Shown piece after piece: positions 17,034-25,433 of a stretch of 25,433 bases of DNA. The stretch lies in NCBI GenBank assembly GCA_036338595.1, contig JAYZBV010000085.1, forward strand, positions 1 to 25,433, read 5' to 3'. The notes beneath the pieces are model-generated. The model was not told where the DNA came from and did no database searches. It saw nothing but the letters and a program-made list of their open reading frames with translations. The position numbers were made by a program, and so were the translations under genes. This DNA is from Planctomycetota bacterium (lineage in GTDB: Bacteria; Planctomycetota; UBA8108; UBA1146). The number at the start of each line of letters is the position of its first letter. Within the stretch, counting starts at the first letter, position 1.

Positions 17034-18233
17034 TCAGGATTCCGATTCGACCAGTACGGCGATTCCTTGACCGCCACCGATACAAGCGCTCGCCACACCC
17101 AATCCTCCACCACGACGACGCAACTCGTGGAGAATGGTGAGGATCAATCTCGTCCCCGTCATTGCCAGGGGATGACCCAGCGCAATCGCTCCACCATTGA
17201 CATTTACCTTGTCGCGATCCAGATCGAGTTCCTTTTCAACTGCAATGTACTGCGCTGCAAAGGCCTCGTTGATCTCGAAAAGATCGATATCAGAGATGGA
17301 GAGACCATTTGCGTCCAGGACTCCCCGGATCGCCGGCGCTGGCCCGATACCCATGATCGATGGATCCACTCCCACCGTATGCCAGCCCTTGACCGTTCCG
17401 AGCACCGGTCGTCCTTTGGCAACTTCTGAATTCTCTCCTGCAAGCACGACCGCAGCAGCCCCATCGACGATTCCGCTGGCATTCCCGGCGGTGACGGTTC
17501 CATCCTTGCCGAAGGCGGGACGCAATCCGGCCAGTTTCTCCTGGGTGGTACCCGGTTTGATGTGATCATCTCGATCGACCTGGATCACTTCCTTGCGGCG
17601 CTTCACCTCTACCGAGAACATCTCATCGGAGAAGAGCCCCTTTTCCTGTGCAGCCTGCGCACGTGCGATCGACACGATGGCGAACTCATCTTGTTCTTCG
17701 CGAGAAATACCGTACTGCTCGGCCAGTTTCTCAGCGGTCTGGGCCATGAATAGCCCACAGTACGGATCCATCAGGGAGGCCATCAACAGGTCTTCGAGAT
17801 CACCCTGGCCGAGACGAAAGCCTTCCCTGGCACCACGGATGACGTGGGGGCACTGAGACATGTTCTCCATGCCTCCCGAGACCACCACCTGGGCTTCATC
17901 GAGAAGGATCTGTTGTGCTCCACTGATGACAGCCTGCAGACCCGAACCACACAACCGATTGACGGTCAGAGCAGGTGTCTCGACGGGAAGATCTGCACGC
18001 AATGCGACATGCCGGGCACCGTAGAGCGCATCGGCACTGGTCTGCATGACATTTCCCATGACGACATGATCAACGGAAGTGGGATCCACCTCGCACCGAC
18101 GCAACGCCTCGCGCGTCGCCAGCGCACCGAGTTCGATGGCGCTGATATCCTTGAAAAGGCCGAAGCCGGGACTTCCTACGTACTCGGCCATCGCCGTTCT
18201 GGCGCCGCCAAGTATCTGGATCTTCTGGTTCAT
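17034..18233 (-). CDS. Acetyl-CoA C-acyltransferase (thiolase)
   Basis: NRLCGSG catalytic Cys, TAGNASG, NEAF, GHP and CIGGGQG. Confidence 0.96.
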   Translation of the reverse strand: MNQKIQILGGARTAMAEYVGSPGFGLFKDISAIELGALATREALRRCEVDPTSVDHVVMGNVMQTSADALYGARHVALRADLPVETPALTVNRLCGSGLQAVISGAQQILLDEAQVVVSGGMENMSQCPHVIRGAREGFRLGQGDLEDLLMASLMDPYCGLFMAQTAEKLAEQYGISREEQDEFAIVSIARAQAAQEKGLFSDEMFSVEVKRRKEVIQVDRDDHIKPGTTQEKLAGLRPAFGKDGTVTAGNASGIVDGAAAVVLAGENSEVAKGRPVLGTVKGWHTVGVDPSIMGIGPAPAIRGVLDANGLSISDIDLFEINEAFAAQYIAVEKELDLDRDKVNVNGGAIALGHPLAMTGTRLILTILHELRRRGGGLGVASACIGGGQGIAVLVESES

Positions 18234-18286
18234 ACCGATTCCCTGTCATACGTGTGGCACCCGGGCCGAACTGGACCTGGTGCAGG

Positions 18287-19081
18287 CTACTTTCCCCGGA
18301 ACTCGGGGGTTCTTTTCTCGAGAAAGGCGTTCATCCCTTCTCTCATGTCATCGCTAGCACTGATCCTGGAGAACAGATCTGACTCGATGCGCTGTCCCTC
18401 TGCGAGGGAAACGTCGCCACCATCGAGAATTGCCTCGATGGCATATTTCAGTGCGATGGGGCCTCGCTTGCACAGCGTGTCCGCCACCTTCATCACCGTC
18501 TTTTCCAGATCTTCTGCCTCACAGACACCGTTGACCAGCCCCACCGCGGCGGCCTCGGTGGCGCCGAGGAAATCGCCGGTCAAGATCATCTGGAACGCCC
18601 GACCCCGACCGATGATGCGCTGCAGCCGCTGGGTTCCGCCATAGCCCGGGATGATTCCGAGCGTGACCTCGGGCAATCCCAGTTTGGCCCGACTCGATGC
18701 GTAACGGAGGTGGCAAGCAAGAGCCAGTTCGCAACCACCACCGAGCGCAAAACCATTGATCTGTGCGATCACTACCCTGCCGCAACGCTCGATGGCATCA
18801 AAGGCTCGTTGCCCCGCCTCTGCCCGCTGGCGCGCTTCCTCGGGGCCCTGTTCGGCAAGCTGCTGGATGTCGGCTCCCGCCACGAACGCCTTCTCTCCGG
18901 CACCAGTGACGACCACGACACGAACAGAGTCATCGGATGAGATGGCAGTGAAGGTGCGCTCGATCTCCTGCACCGTCGTATCATCGAGAGCATTGAGGAA
19001 CTTCGGTCGGTTGACCGTGACCCTCATGATCCCGTCGGCAGGATTGTCGATGAGTAGGTTTTTCAGGGCGAGATCTTCCAT
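18287..19081 (-). CDS. Enoyl-CoA hydratase (crotonase)
   Basis: NRPKFLNAL, AFVAGADI, GGGCEL and PEV..G.IPG.GGTQRL. Both catalytic glutamates are present. Confidence 0.95.
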   Translation of the reverse strand: MEDLALKNLLIDNPADGIMRVTVNRPKFLNALDDTTVQEIERTFTAISSDDSVRVVVVTGAGEKAFVAGADIQQLAEQGPEEARQRAEAGQRAFDAIERCGRVVIAQINGFALGGGCELALACHLRYASSRAKLGLPEVTLGIIPGYGGTQRLQRIIGRGRAFQMILTGDFLGATEAAAVGLVNGVCEAEDLEKTVMKVADTLCKRGPIALKYAIEAILDGGDVSLAEGQRIESDLFSRISASDDMREGMNAFLEKRTPEFRGK

Positions 19082-19092
19082 GTCGGGCCTCG

Positions 19093-21120
19093 TTACTGCT
19101 CCCCGACCGGGATTATTTTTTCAGGAACATAATCGTGATCTCTTTTACTCTGCACCACCGCTCGGCGGATGGTGGTTCCCTCCTGGAGGCGATCGAGAAA
19201 TGCTGTTCCATCGATCACCCGACCGAATACGGTGTACAGGTTGTCGAGGTATGCAAGATTATCCATCGCAATCAAGAACTGAGATCCTGCAGTATCTGCC
19301 TCGGTGTGTTTACGCGCCATGACGAGGGTTCCTCGGATGGCTTTCCTGTTCTTGCTCGACTCATCTTTGATGCGGTAACCGGGACCCCCGACACTGGTTC
19401 CGTCAGGACTGCCGCCCTGGATGAAACCGCGGTTTTGATTGGTGCGAACCTTGCGATGAAACTTCAATCCATCGTAGAAACCGCTGTTGACCAACGAGAT
19501 GAAGTTCGCCACCGTGTTCGGAGAGTCATCCTCGAACAGTTCCACCACCAGTACACCATCGGATGTGTCGAGTAACACCCTGGGTAGCGGCGCAGCAGGG
19601 GGTCTGGGAGGATTCTGTCCCTTCTGGTCGCTGAACTGGGGCTTCTGATTGGTCGTCGAAGGCGTCACCACATCGGGAGTCGGTTTCTCGACAAAAGCCT
19701 GGTCGCAGGATCCCTTGATCTTTTCCGGCAGCAGGTCGTAGGGATAGGCGAGAGAGAGCGTCAACTCCGCAGCGAGACCCTTGTTGATCCGGTCCTGAAT
19801 GCGATTGATCGGATCACCCTCCTCGACCACCAGGGTTCCGCAGGAGACGACACGCTTTGCCATCGCAGGAGATGGCCCCAGAGCGATGGAGAACTGGTTG
19901 CCCAGTTTCACTCCGTCTGCGCTTCCGGTAGGCATGACGGAAAATGTTCCCTTGACCAGTGAGGTCGCTGCCAACGGTTTGCCTGTGGGAACGCCGCCGC
20001 CAGCAGCGGCTCCGGTTCCGAATTGAATCGCCTGACCCTGGATCATCGTGATGGGAACCTCATTGAGATTTCCTTCTCGAACTTGCGACACGATCTCCTG
20101 GCGTAGGCCAGGTATCCCGACATCCTTCAACTCGATCCACATACGGCCGTTCGTGAAGAGGCACAGGAACCAGCGATCTTCTTTCTTCACATCCGGAAGC
20201 ACGTTGAACTGAGCCTCCTCGGAGCGGTAGAAGCGCCAGCGAGATTTCCATTCCGCATAGCCGGCAAGGTTGACCACCGCTGGCACATTCTTCTCGATTC
20301 TCCCGAACATGCTGTCGCCCCTCCAGATGACCCTGACGATGGGCCATGGTTCGGTGACGGCAGCGTAGTCATTCAGGATGAAGGAACGTTCCAGGTACTC
20401 CTTGGATGCAATCTTGCGCATCTCCATCTTCGCAGGGTCAAACCCTTCGGGGATTCCGAGGGGTAAATTCAACTTTCCAAACTGGTAGCGTACGATCAGC
20501 CCGAGAGGCCAGAGGACGGGATCGAGGACATCGAGTACCTCGTCGCTCGAATTGCGAACTCCGATGACCATCTCGACCTGATCCCCGGGAGCCACGGATC
20601 GCTCGGGGAAGCGGATCGTCCATTCGAGGTCCGAGTTTCGATCTCCGGAAACTGGCACCGGGGAGACCGGGGTCGCCTTCGGTGGAACCTGCACTACTTC
20701 GGGCTTGGGAGGGTTCTGGATCGGATCCCCCCGGCTCTCGATGAACTGGATGACATGCCAGCCGTAGCGGGTCTTGCACTTGCTCAGCCCCATCGGTTTC
20801 TCGATGGCGAAGGCAGAGGCACTGAACTCTGGCTCCATCGCCCCGAAGCTGACCCAGTCCAGGTCACCTCCGAGAGTCTTGGTTCCTACATCCAGGGAAT
20901 ACTTGCGAGCGAGCGTCTTGAAATCACGCCCTTCCTCGACCACCTCGATGAGACGATCTGCAACCTGCTCCGTGGCGACCAGGATATGACGCAGATGCCT
21001 CTGCTCCTGAGCGTCCAGACTTGCACTGCAAAGGAGTGCCAACGCAGCCACCCCGGCCAGATGACGAAAACACTTCATCCAGCCCATCTCTTGCCATCTC
21101 CGCGCAATTTCAAAACTCAT
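19093..21120 (-). CDS. Secreted multidomain peptidyl-prolyl isomerase (parvulin + Ig-like + degenerate cyclophilin + cyclophilin), ~675 aa
   Basis: Signal peptide ending SLDA|QE. Parvulin motifs are RHILV...F..LARKYS.D...GGDL...EF...AF...TRYGWHVI. The C-terminal cyclophilin has PNTVANF...FYDGLKFHR...FIQGG...RGTLVMA...GSQFLI...YTVFGRV. GGAGGAG SD before ATG 21120. Confidence 0.9.
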   Translation of the reverse strand: MSFEIARRWQEMGWMKCFRHLAGVAALALLCSASLDAQEQRHLRHILVATEQVADRLIEVVEEGRDFKTLARKYSLDVGTKTLGGDLDWVSFGAMEPEFSASAFAIEKPMGLSKCKTRYGWHVIQFIESRGDPIQNPPKPEVVQVPPKATPVSPVPVSGDRNSDLEWTIRFPERSVAPGDQVEMVIGVRNSSDEVLDVLDPVLWPLGLIVRYQFGKLNLPLGIPEGFDPAKMEMRKIASKEYLERSFILNDYAAVTEPWPIVRVIWRGDSMFGRIEKNVPAVVNLAGYAEWKSRWRFYRSEEAQFNVLPDVKKEDRWFLCLFTNGRMWIELKDVGIPGLRQEIVSQVREGNLNEVPITMIQGQAIQFGTGAAAGGGVPTGKPLAATSLVKGTFSVMPTGSADGVKLGNQFSIALGPSPAMAKRVVSCGTLVVEEGDPINRIQDRINKGLAAELTLSLAYPYDLLPEKIKGSCDQAFVEKPTPDVVTPSTTNQKPQFSDQKGQNPPRPPAAPLPRVLLDTSDGVLVVELFEDDSPNTVANFISLVNSGFYDGLKFHRKVRTNQNRGFIQGGSPDGTSVGGPGYRIKDESSKNRKAIRGTLVMARKHTEADTAGSQFLIAMDNLAYLDNLYTVFGRVIDGTAFLDRLQEGTTIRRAVVQSKRDHDYVPEKIIPVGEQ

Positions 21121-21320
21121 CGTCTGCTCCTCCAACGACACCACGGTTCTCGGGTCCTCAGGTGCCGGTTGCGAAAGAATCGGGGGCTGCTGGTGAGTTC
21201 GATCAGTCATCCAGAACCGATGAACCAGCAACTATCCCTTCATGAATACGGGATTCGGTGCAAGATAACACGCTGACCCCGAGCATTGAAGTGGATCCGA
21301 GGGCCGGAAAGGTTGTCAGA

Positions 21321-22247
21321 GTGCATTCCAGGGCATTTCGAGCCGATCTGACGCTGATCGTTGTGGTCGTCATCTGGGGTGCCACCTTCGTCTCGGTGCA
21401 GAAGGCCATCGATGAGATCCCGGTCCACTGCTTCCATGTGCTGAGATTTGGCCTCGCCACCCTGGTGCTGCTGCCGATGCTGTGGATTCGACGTCCACGC
21501 AAGATGGAGAAGCCGCCAAGAGGACTGCTGTGGAAAGCGGGCTTCCTCGCTGGCCTCTCCCTCTGGGGTGCCTACTCCCTTCAGACCACAGGATTGCTGC
21601 ACACCACTCCTTCCCACTCCGGTTTCCTGACCGGGGCGGCAGTCGTGATCGTTCCCGTGCTCGCCTTCTTGATCCTGCGGCAGCCGCTGAAAAAACCAGT
21701 GGTTCTGGGTGTATCGTTGGCCGCCATCGGCCTGGCGCTGTTGAGCCTTGGAGGATCTTCAACCATCGAGGAACCACCTCCGGACCCGAATATTCCCTAC
21801 GGCGATCTGCTCACCCTGGGCTGTGCCGTCTGCTTCGCCTTCCAGATCATCATCAAGGCACGATGGGCAAACCAGCTCTCGGCGCTGGCCTTGACCATCG
21901 TGGAACTGGGAACCGTCTTCTTGCTGTCGCTGGCGGCTGCGCTGCTTCTGGAGGAGATCCCGGATCCAGAATCATTGTCGAATGAAGTGTGGGGAGCCGT
22001 GCTCCTGACCGGGGTTCTGGCGACCGCGTTTGCCTTCCTCGCCCAGACCTGGGCGCAGCGCACCACCACGGCAATTCGTACCGCGGTGATCTTTGCCTTC
22101 GAACCGGTCACCGCCGCCTGCTTCTCCTGGCTACTGATCGGCGAGGTGATGAGCGGATGGGCGGTACTCGGTGGCATGTTGATCATCGGTGGCATGCTGC
22201 GCACCGAGATCGGTGCCGATGAGAAAACTGACCCCGATCTGGCCTAG
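21321..22247 (+). CDS. DMT superfamily (EamA) transporter
   Basis: About 10 hydrophobic segments, IWGATF, LRF.LA, GDLLTLGCA and FEPV. The ORF is open from 21258, but GTG 21321 has the better SD (GAAAGG). Confidence 0.9.
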   Translation: MHSRAFRADLTLIVVVVIWGATFVSVQKAIDEIPVHCFHVLRFGLATLVLLPMLWIRRPRKMEKPPRGLLWKAGFLAGLSLWGAYSLQTTGLLHTTPSHSGFLTGAAVVIVPVLAFLILRQPLKKPVVLGVSLAAIGLALLSLGGSSTIEEPPPDPNIPYGDLLTLGCAVCFAFQIIIKARWANQLSALALTIVELGTVFLLSLAAALLLEEIPDPESLSNEVWGAVLLTGVLATAFAFLAQTWAQRTTTAIRTAVIFAFEPVTAACFSWLLIGEVMSGWAVLGGMLIIGGMLRTEIGADEKTDPDLA

Positions 22248-24010
22248 CCCTGACCGGCTCTTCTCTCCGGAGTTCGAATCTCCTCGACCATCCGGATCAC
22301 ATCTTCCGGTGGATCAGCGGTGAAGGATCGAACAATCCCTGCGATCATGAAGTTGAAACAGAGGCCAACGGTCCCGATCCCCTTCGGGGAAATGCCCCAC
22401 CACCAGTTCTCCACCGTGTCGAGTTCCGGATGAAGAAACCGGAAATAGATGATGTAACTGGCGGTGAAGATCAGACCGACCAGCATGCCGGAGATGGCAC
22501 CCTCTCGGTTCATCCGCTTCATGAAGATCCCCATCAGGATCGCCGGGAAAAAACTGGCCGCTGCCAGGCCAAAGGCAAACGCCACCACCTCGGCGACATA
22601 TCCGGGTGGGTTGATGCCCAGATAACCGGCGATACAGACCGCAGCCCCTGCTGCGATGCGTGCTGCCAGCAGTTCTTCCCTGTCGGTGAGATCGGGTCGC
22701 AACCACTTGCGCAACAGGTCGTGGGAGATGGAGGTGGAGACTACCAGCAGCAGGCCCGCCGCCGTCGACAGCGCCGCCGCCAAACCTCCTGCGGCGACCA
22801 GCGCGATCACCCAGTTGGGAAGTCCAGCGATCTCGGGATTGGCGAGCACCATGATGTCGCGATCGACATACAGTTCGTTGGTGTTTGTGGTCGGTGTATT
22901 CGAGAGAAGACGCTCACCGCTGGCTCCTCGTTCGTCAAGAAAACTGGGCTTGGCAGGGTCGAGGGCACTTCCTGCCCGATACTTCACCCGTCCATCGCCA
23001 TCCTTGTCGACCCAGGCGATCAGATCGGTGTCTTCCCACTTGCGGAACCAGTCGGGAATCTCCGCGTAACTCTTGTTCTCTACGGTGTCGATCAGGTTGG
23101 TTCGAGCAAATACCGCCACCGCCGGGGCTGTCGTGTAGAGGATGGCGATGAAGAGAAGTGCCCAGCCCGCCGACTTTCGTGCGGCGCGGACACTGGGAAC
23201 GGTGTAGAAGCGAATGATCACATGCGGTAGCCCTGCAGTCCCCGCCATCAGAGCAAATGTGATGGCCAGCAAGTTGATGGTATTGCCCGATCCGAGCGTG
23301 TAACTGGTGAAGCCCAGTTGCTCATGCAATCCATCGAGCCGTGCCAACAGGCTCAACTCTTCACCATCCGGGGTCGACCCGAAACCGATCTGAGGAATCG
23401 CGGTGTCCGCCACCATCAACGAGATGAAGATGGCAGGAACCATGAAGGCAAAAATCAGAACGCAGTACTGGGCCACCTGGGTATAGGTGATGCCCTTCAT
23501 CCCTCCGAGAACGGCGTAGATGAAGACGATGGCCATGCCGATGATGACCCCGTATGTGACATCCACCTCGAGGAAGCGGCTGAAGACCACCCCCACCCCT
23601 CGCATCTGACCGGCGACATAGGTGAAGGAGATGAAGATGGCGCAGATCACTGCCACCAATCGAGCGGTTTGAGAGTAGTAACGTTCTCCGATGAAGTCGG
23701 GCACGGTGTACTTGCCGAATTTTCGCAAATACGGCGCCAACAGCAGTGCCAGTAACACGTAGCCGCCGGTCCAGCCCATCAGATAGACCGATCCGTCGTA
23801 GCCACTGAAGGAGATGATTCCCGCCATCGAGATGAACGATGCGGCGCTCATCCAATCCGCTGCTGTGGCCATACCGTTCGCCAGCGGCGGAACATGCTGG
23901 CCAGCGATGTAAAACTCACCCGTGCTGCTCGCCCGGGAACGGATGGCGATGACGATGTAGAGGAGAAAGGAAGCGCCGACCAGCAGCGAGGTCCAGGCTG
24001 TGACACTCAT
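22244..24010 (-). CDS. Sodium:solute symporter, ActP-related (cation/acetate symporter family)
   Basis: NGMATAADWMSAASF, GWTGGY, FGKYTVPDFIG.RY, GGMKGITYTQVAQY, GTAGLPHVIIRFY and GGLAAALSTAAGLL. The ATG overlaps the upstream TGA (TGATG). Confidence 0.93.
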   Translation of the reverse strand: MSVTAWTSLLVGASFLLYIVIAIRSRASSTGEFYIAGQHVPPLANGMATAADWMSAASFISMAGIISFSGYDGSVYLMGWTGGYVLLALLLAPYLRKFGKYTVPDFIGERYYSQTARLVAVICAIFISFTYVAGQMRGVGVVFSRFLEVDVTYGVIIGMAIVFIYAVLGGMKGITYTQVAQYCVLIFAFMVPAIFISLMVADTAIPQIGFGSTPDGEELSLLARLDGLHEQLGFTSYTLGSGNTINLLAITFALMAGTAGLPHVIIRFYTVPSVRAARKSAGWALLFIAILYTTAPAVAVFARTNLIDTVENKSYAEIPDWFRKWEDTDLIAWVDKDGDGRVKYRAGSALDPAKPSFLDERGASGERLLSNTPTTNTNELYVDRDIMVLANPEIAGLPNWVIALVAAGGLAAALSTAAGLLLVVSTSISHDLLRKWLRPDLTDREELLAARIAAGAAVCIAGYLGINPPGYVAEVVAFAFGLAAASFFPAILMGIFMKRMNREGAISGMLVGLIFTASYIIYFRFLHPELDTVENWWWGISPKGIGTVGLCFNFMIAGIVRSFTADPPEDVIRMVEEIRTPERRAGQG

Positions 24011-24285
24011 CACTGGCCGTCCTGACCTGCGGAATAGTCGTCATCGAGGCGGTTCATACGCCAGGAATAAACAAAGATGAGGATCACGAAGGTGAAGATG
24101 GATCCTTGCTGTGCAAACCAGAAGCCAAGAGGAAAATCGGTACCGGGCAACCGAAACCGATCTAGCCAGGGGGCGAGAGCGATACCAAAGCCGAGCGATA
24201 CCGTGGCCCAGATCGCGATCAGTACCGCGATCAGCCTCAGGTTGCTGCGCCAGTACTTCTCGATTGCATCTGAATCGTTGCCCAT
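24010..24285 (-). CDS. DUF4212-type small membrane subunit of the solute:sodium symporter
   Basis: YWRSNLRLI, two transmembrane segments and PLGFWFAQQGSI..FV.LIF.Y...MNRLD. It overlaps the symporter start codon. GAGGAGG lies upstream. Confidence 0.9.
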   Translation of the reverse strand: MGNDSDAIEKYWRSNLRLIAVLIAIWATVSLGFGIALAPWLDRFRLPGTDFPLGFWFAQQGSIFTFVILIFVYSWRMNRLDDDYSAGQDGQ

Positions 24286-24408
24286 CATCCTCCTCAACCT
24301 GGTGGCTCAAGTTGGTCGGAGTATCCCCAAGTGGATCGGAAGCCGCAAGGTGCCTCTTGGGCATCTGGACCCACGCGACTACCCTGACCCTGCACACGAG
24401 GAGGCCCG

Positions 24409-25433
24409 ATGAGCATCACGACACTCGCAATCACCAGTGCCATCGTGCTGTGGCTGGGTTATCGCTTCTACGGCCGATGGGTCGCCACCTCCGTGTATGG
24501 TCTCGGCGCCGTGGACGACCCTCAGATGCCGAGCAGGAGCCAGGCCAACGGCATCGATTTCGTGCCCACGAAACGATCGATCCTGTTCGGTCATCACTAT
24601 GTCACCATCGCAGGAGCGGGGCCCATCGTCGGCCCTGCAGTGGCGGTCACCTGGGGCTGGCTGCCAGCGCTGCTGTGGGTGGTGCTGGGCTCGGTGCTGA
24701 TCGGAGCCGTGCACGACCTTGGCGCACTGGTGCTCTCTGCCAGGAACCAGGGACGGAGCATCGGCGACCTGTGTGCAGAAATCCTCTCTCCCCGTGTGCG
24801 GATCCTGTTTCTGATCTTCATCCTTCTGGCGCTGTGGGTGGTGCTGGCGGTGTTCGCGTTCATCATCTCCAGCCTCTTCGTGGCTCGTCCCGAGAGCATC
24901 CTGGCGGTGTGGATCGAGATTCCGCTGGCGATCCTGGTCGGCTGGCAACTGATGCGCGGCAAGTCGCTGGCGATCTGGGGCGGCCTGGCTCTTGTCGTGA
25001 TGTACGCCTGCATCGGCATCGGCTCGACGGACAGTGTTCGCTCTTTCCTCGCATTCGACTGGGGCGAAAGTGGTGCCGGCAACTTCTTGTCGCAGAACGC
25101 CGGGCTCTTCTGGCTCGTGATGCTGTTTGGCTACTCGTGGATCGCCAGCATCTTGCCGGTGCAAACACTACTGCAGCCACGCGATGCCATAAACTCACAC
25201 CAGCTATTTCTGGCACTGGGTGCGCTGATCGCAGGCCTGGTTGTGCTGGCAGTCTCGGGTTCTCCGCTGCTCGAGGTGGTGGCGCCGGCCATCAATCCAT
25301 CCCCACCAGAAGATGCTCCTCTGCTGTTTCCATTTCTGTTCATCACGATCGCCTGTGGCGCTGTCAGCGGGTTCCATTGCATGGTCGCCAGCGGCACGAC
25401 TTCCAAGCAACTCGCCAGCGAAAAGGACGCCCG
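24409..25433 (+). CDS. cstA: Carbon starvation protein CstA family transporter (partial, runs off the window)
   Basis: Absent from the ORF track and read manually from ATG 24409 (GAGGAGG SD): MSITTLAITSAIVLWLGYRFYG...DFVPT...LFGHHYVTIAGAGPIVGP...WGWLPALLWV...GAVHD...FPFLFITIACGAVSGFH.MVASGTTSKQL. Confidence 0.95.
   Translation, partial: MSITTLAITSAIVLWLGYRFYGRWVATSVYGLGAVDDPQMPSRSQANGIDFVPTKRSILFGHHYVTIAGAGPIVGPAVAVTWGWLPALLWVVLGSVLIGAVHDLGALVLSARNQGRSIGDLCAEILSPRVRILFLIFILLALWVVLAVFAFIISSLFVARPESILAVWIEIPLAILVGWQLMRGKSLAIWGGLALVVMYACIGIGSTDSVRSFLAFDWGESGAGNFLSQNAGLFWLVMLFGYSWIASILPVQTLLQPRDAINSHQLFLALGALIAGLVVLAVSGSPLLEVVAPAINPSPPEDAPLLFPFLFITIACGAVSGFHCMVASGTTSKQLASEKDA

Noticed and set aside
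15831..17429. 532-aa plus-strand ORF
   Set aside because: It is antisense to the leuB-like and thiolase genes and shows no protein family signal.
24379..25164. 261-aa minus-strand ORF
   Set aside because: It is antisense to cstA, which the ORF track missed because cstA has no stop codon within the window.
1..25433. Apparent abundance of GATC/TCGA/CGATCG words (HIP1-like)
   Set aside because: It is plausibly explained by preferred ATC, GAT and CGA codons. Without a codon-aware count I cannot claim over-representation.

Overview
A gene-dense, GC-rich bacterial chromosomal window with about 20 protein genes. I see no rRNA, tRNA, CRISPR array or mobile element. The RpoD and cyclophilin sequence style suggests Planctomycetota, which is an inference. 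Most of the window is housekeeping or metabolic: rqcH-like NFACT protein, ndk, a sigma54 activator, an RpoD-like sigma factor, a HemK-like methyltransferase, hutH, ETF-QO, LeuA-like and LeuB-like enzymes, ygfZ, thiolase, crotonase, an EamA transporter, an SSF symporter with its small subunit, and a partial cstA. The main candidate for an undescribed system is at the left end. It is a two-gene operon with a coiled-coil protein followed by an actin-fold ATPase that does not look like MreB or FtsA. From recalled motifs it resembles haloarchaeal volactin. The operon has its own candidate promoter and a hairpin-rich leader, and a TPR-like lipoprotein gene lies upstream. Other oddities are a secreted parvulin + Ig-like + degenerate cyclophilin + cyclophilin fusion, a FabZ-like protein lacking its catalytic residues, an RpoD with a basic region 1.1, and several structured intergenic regions.
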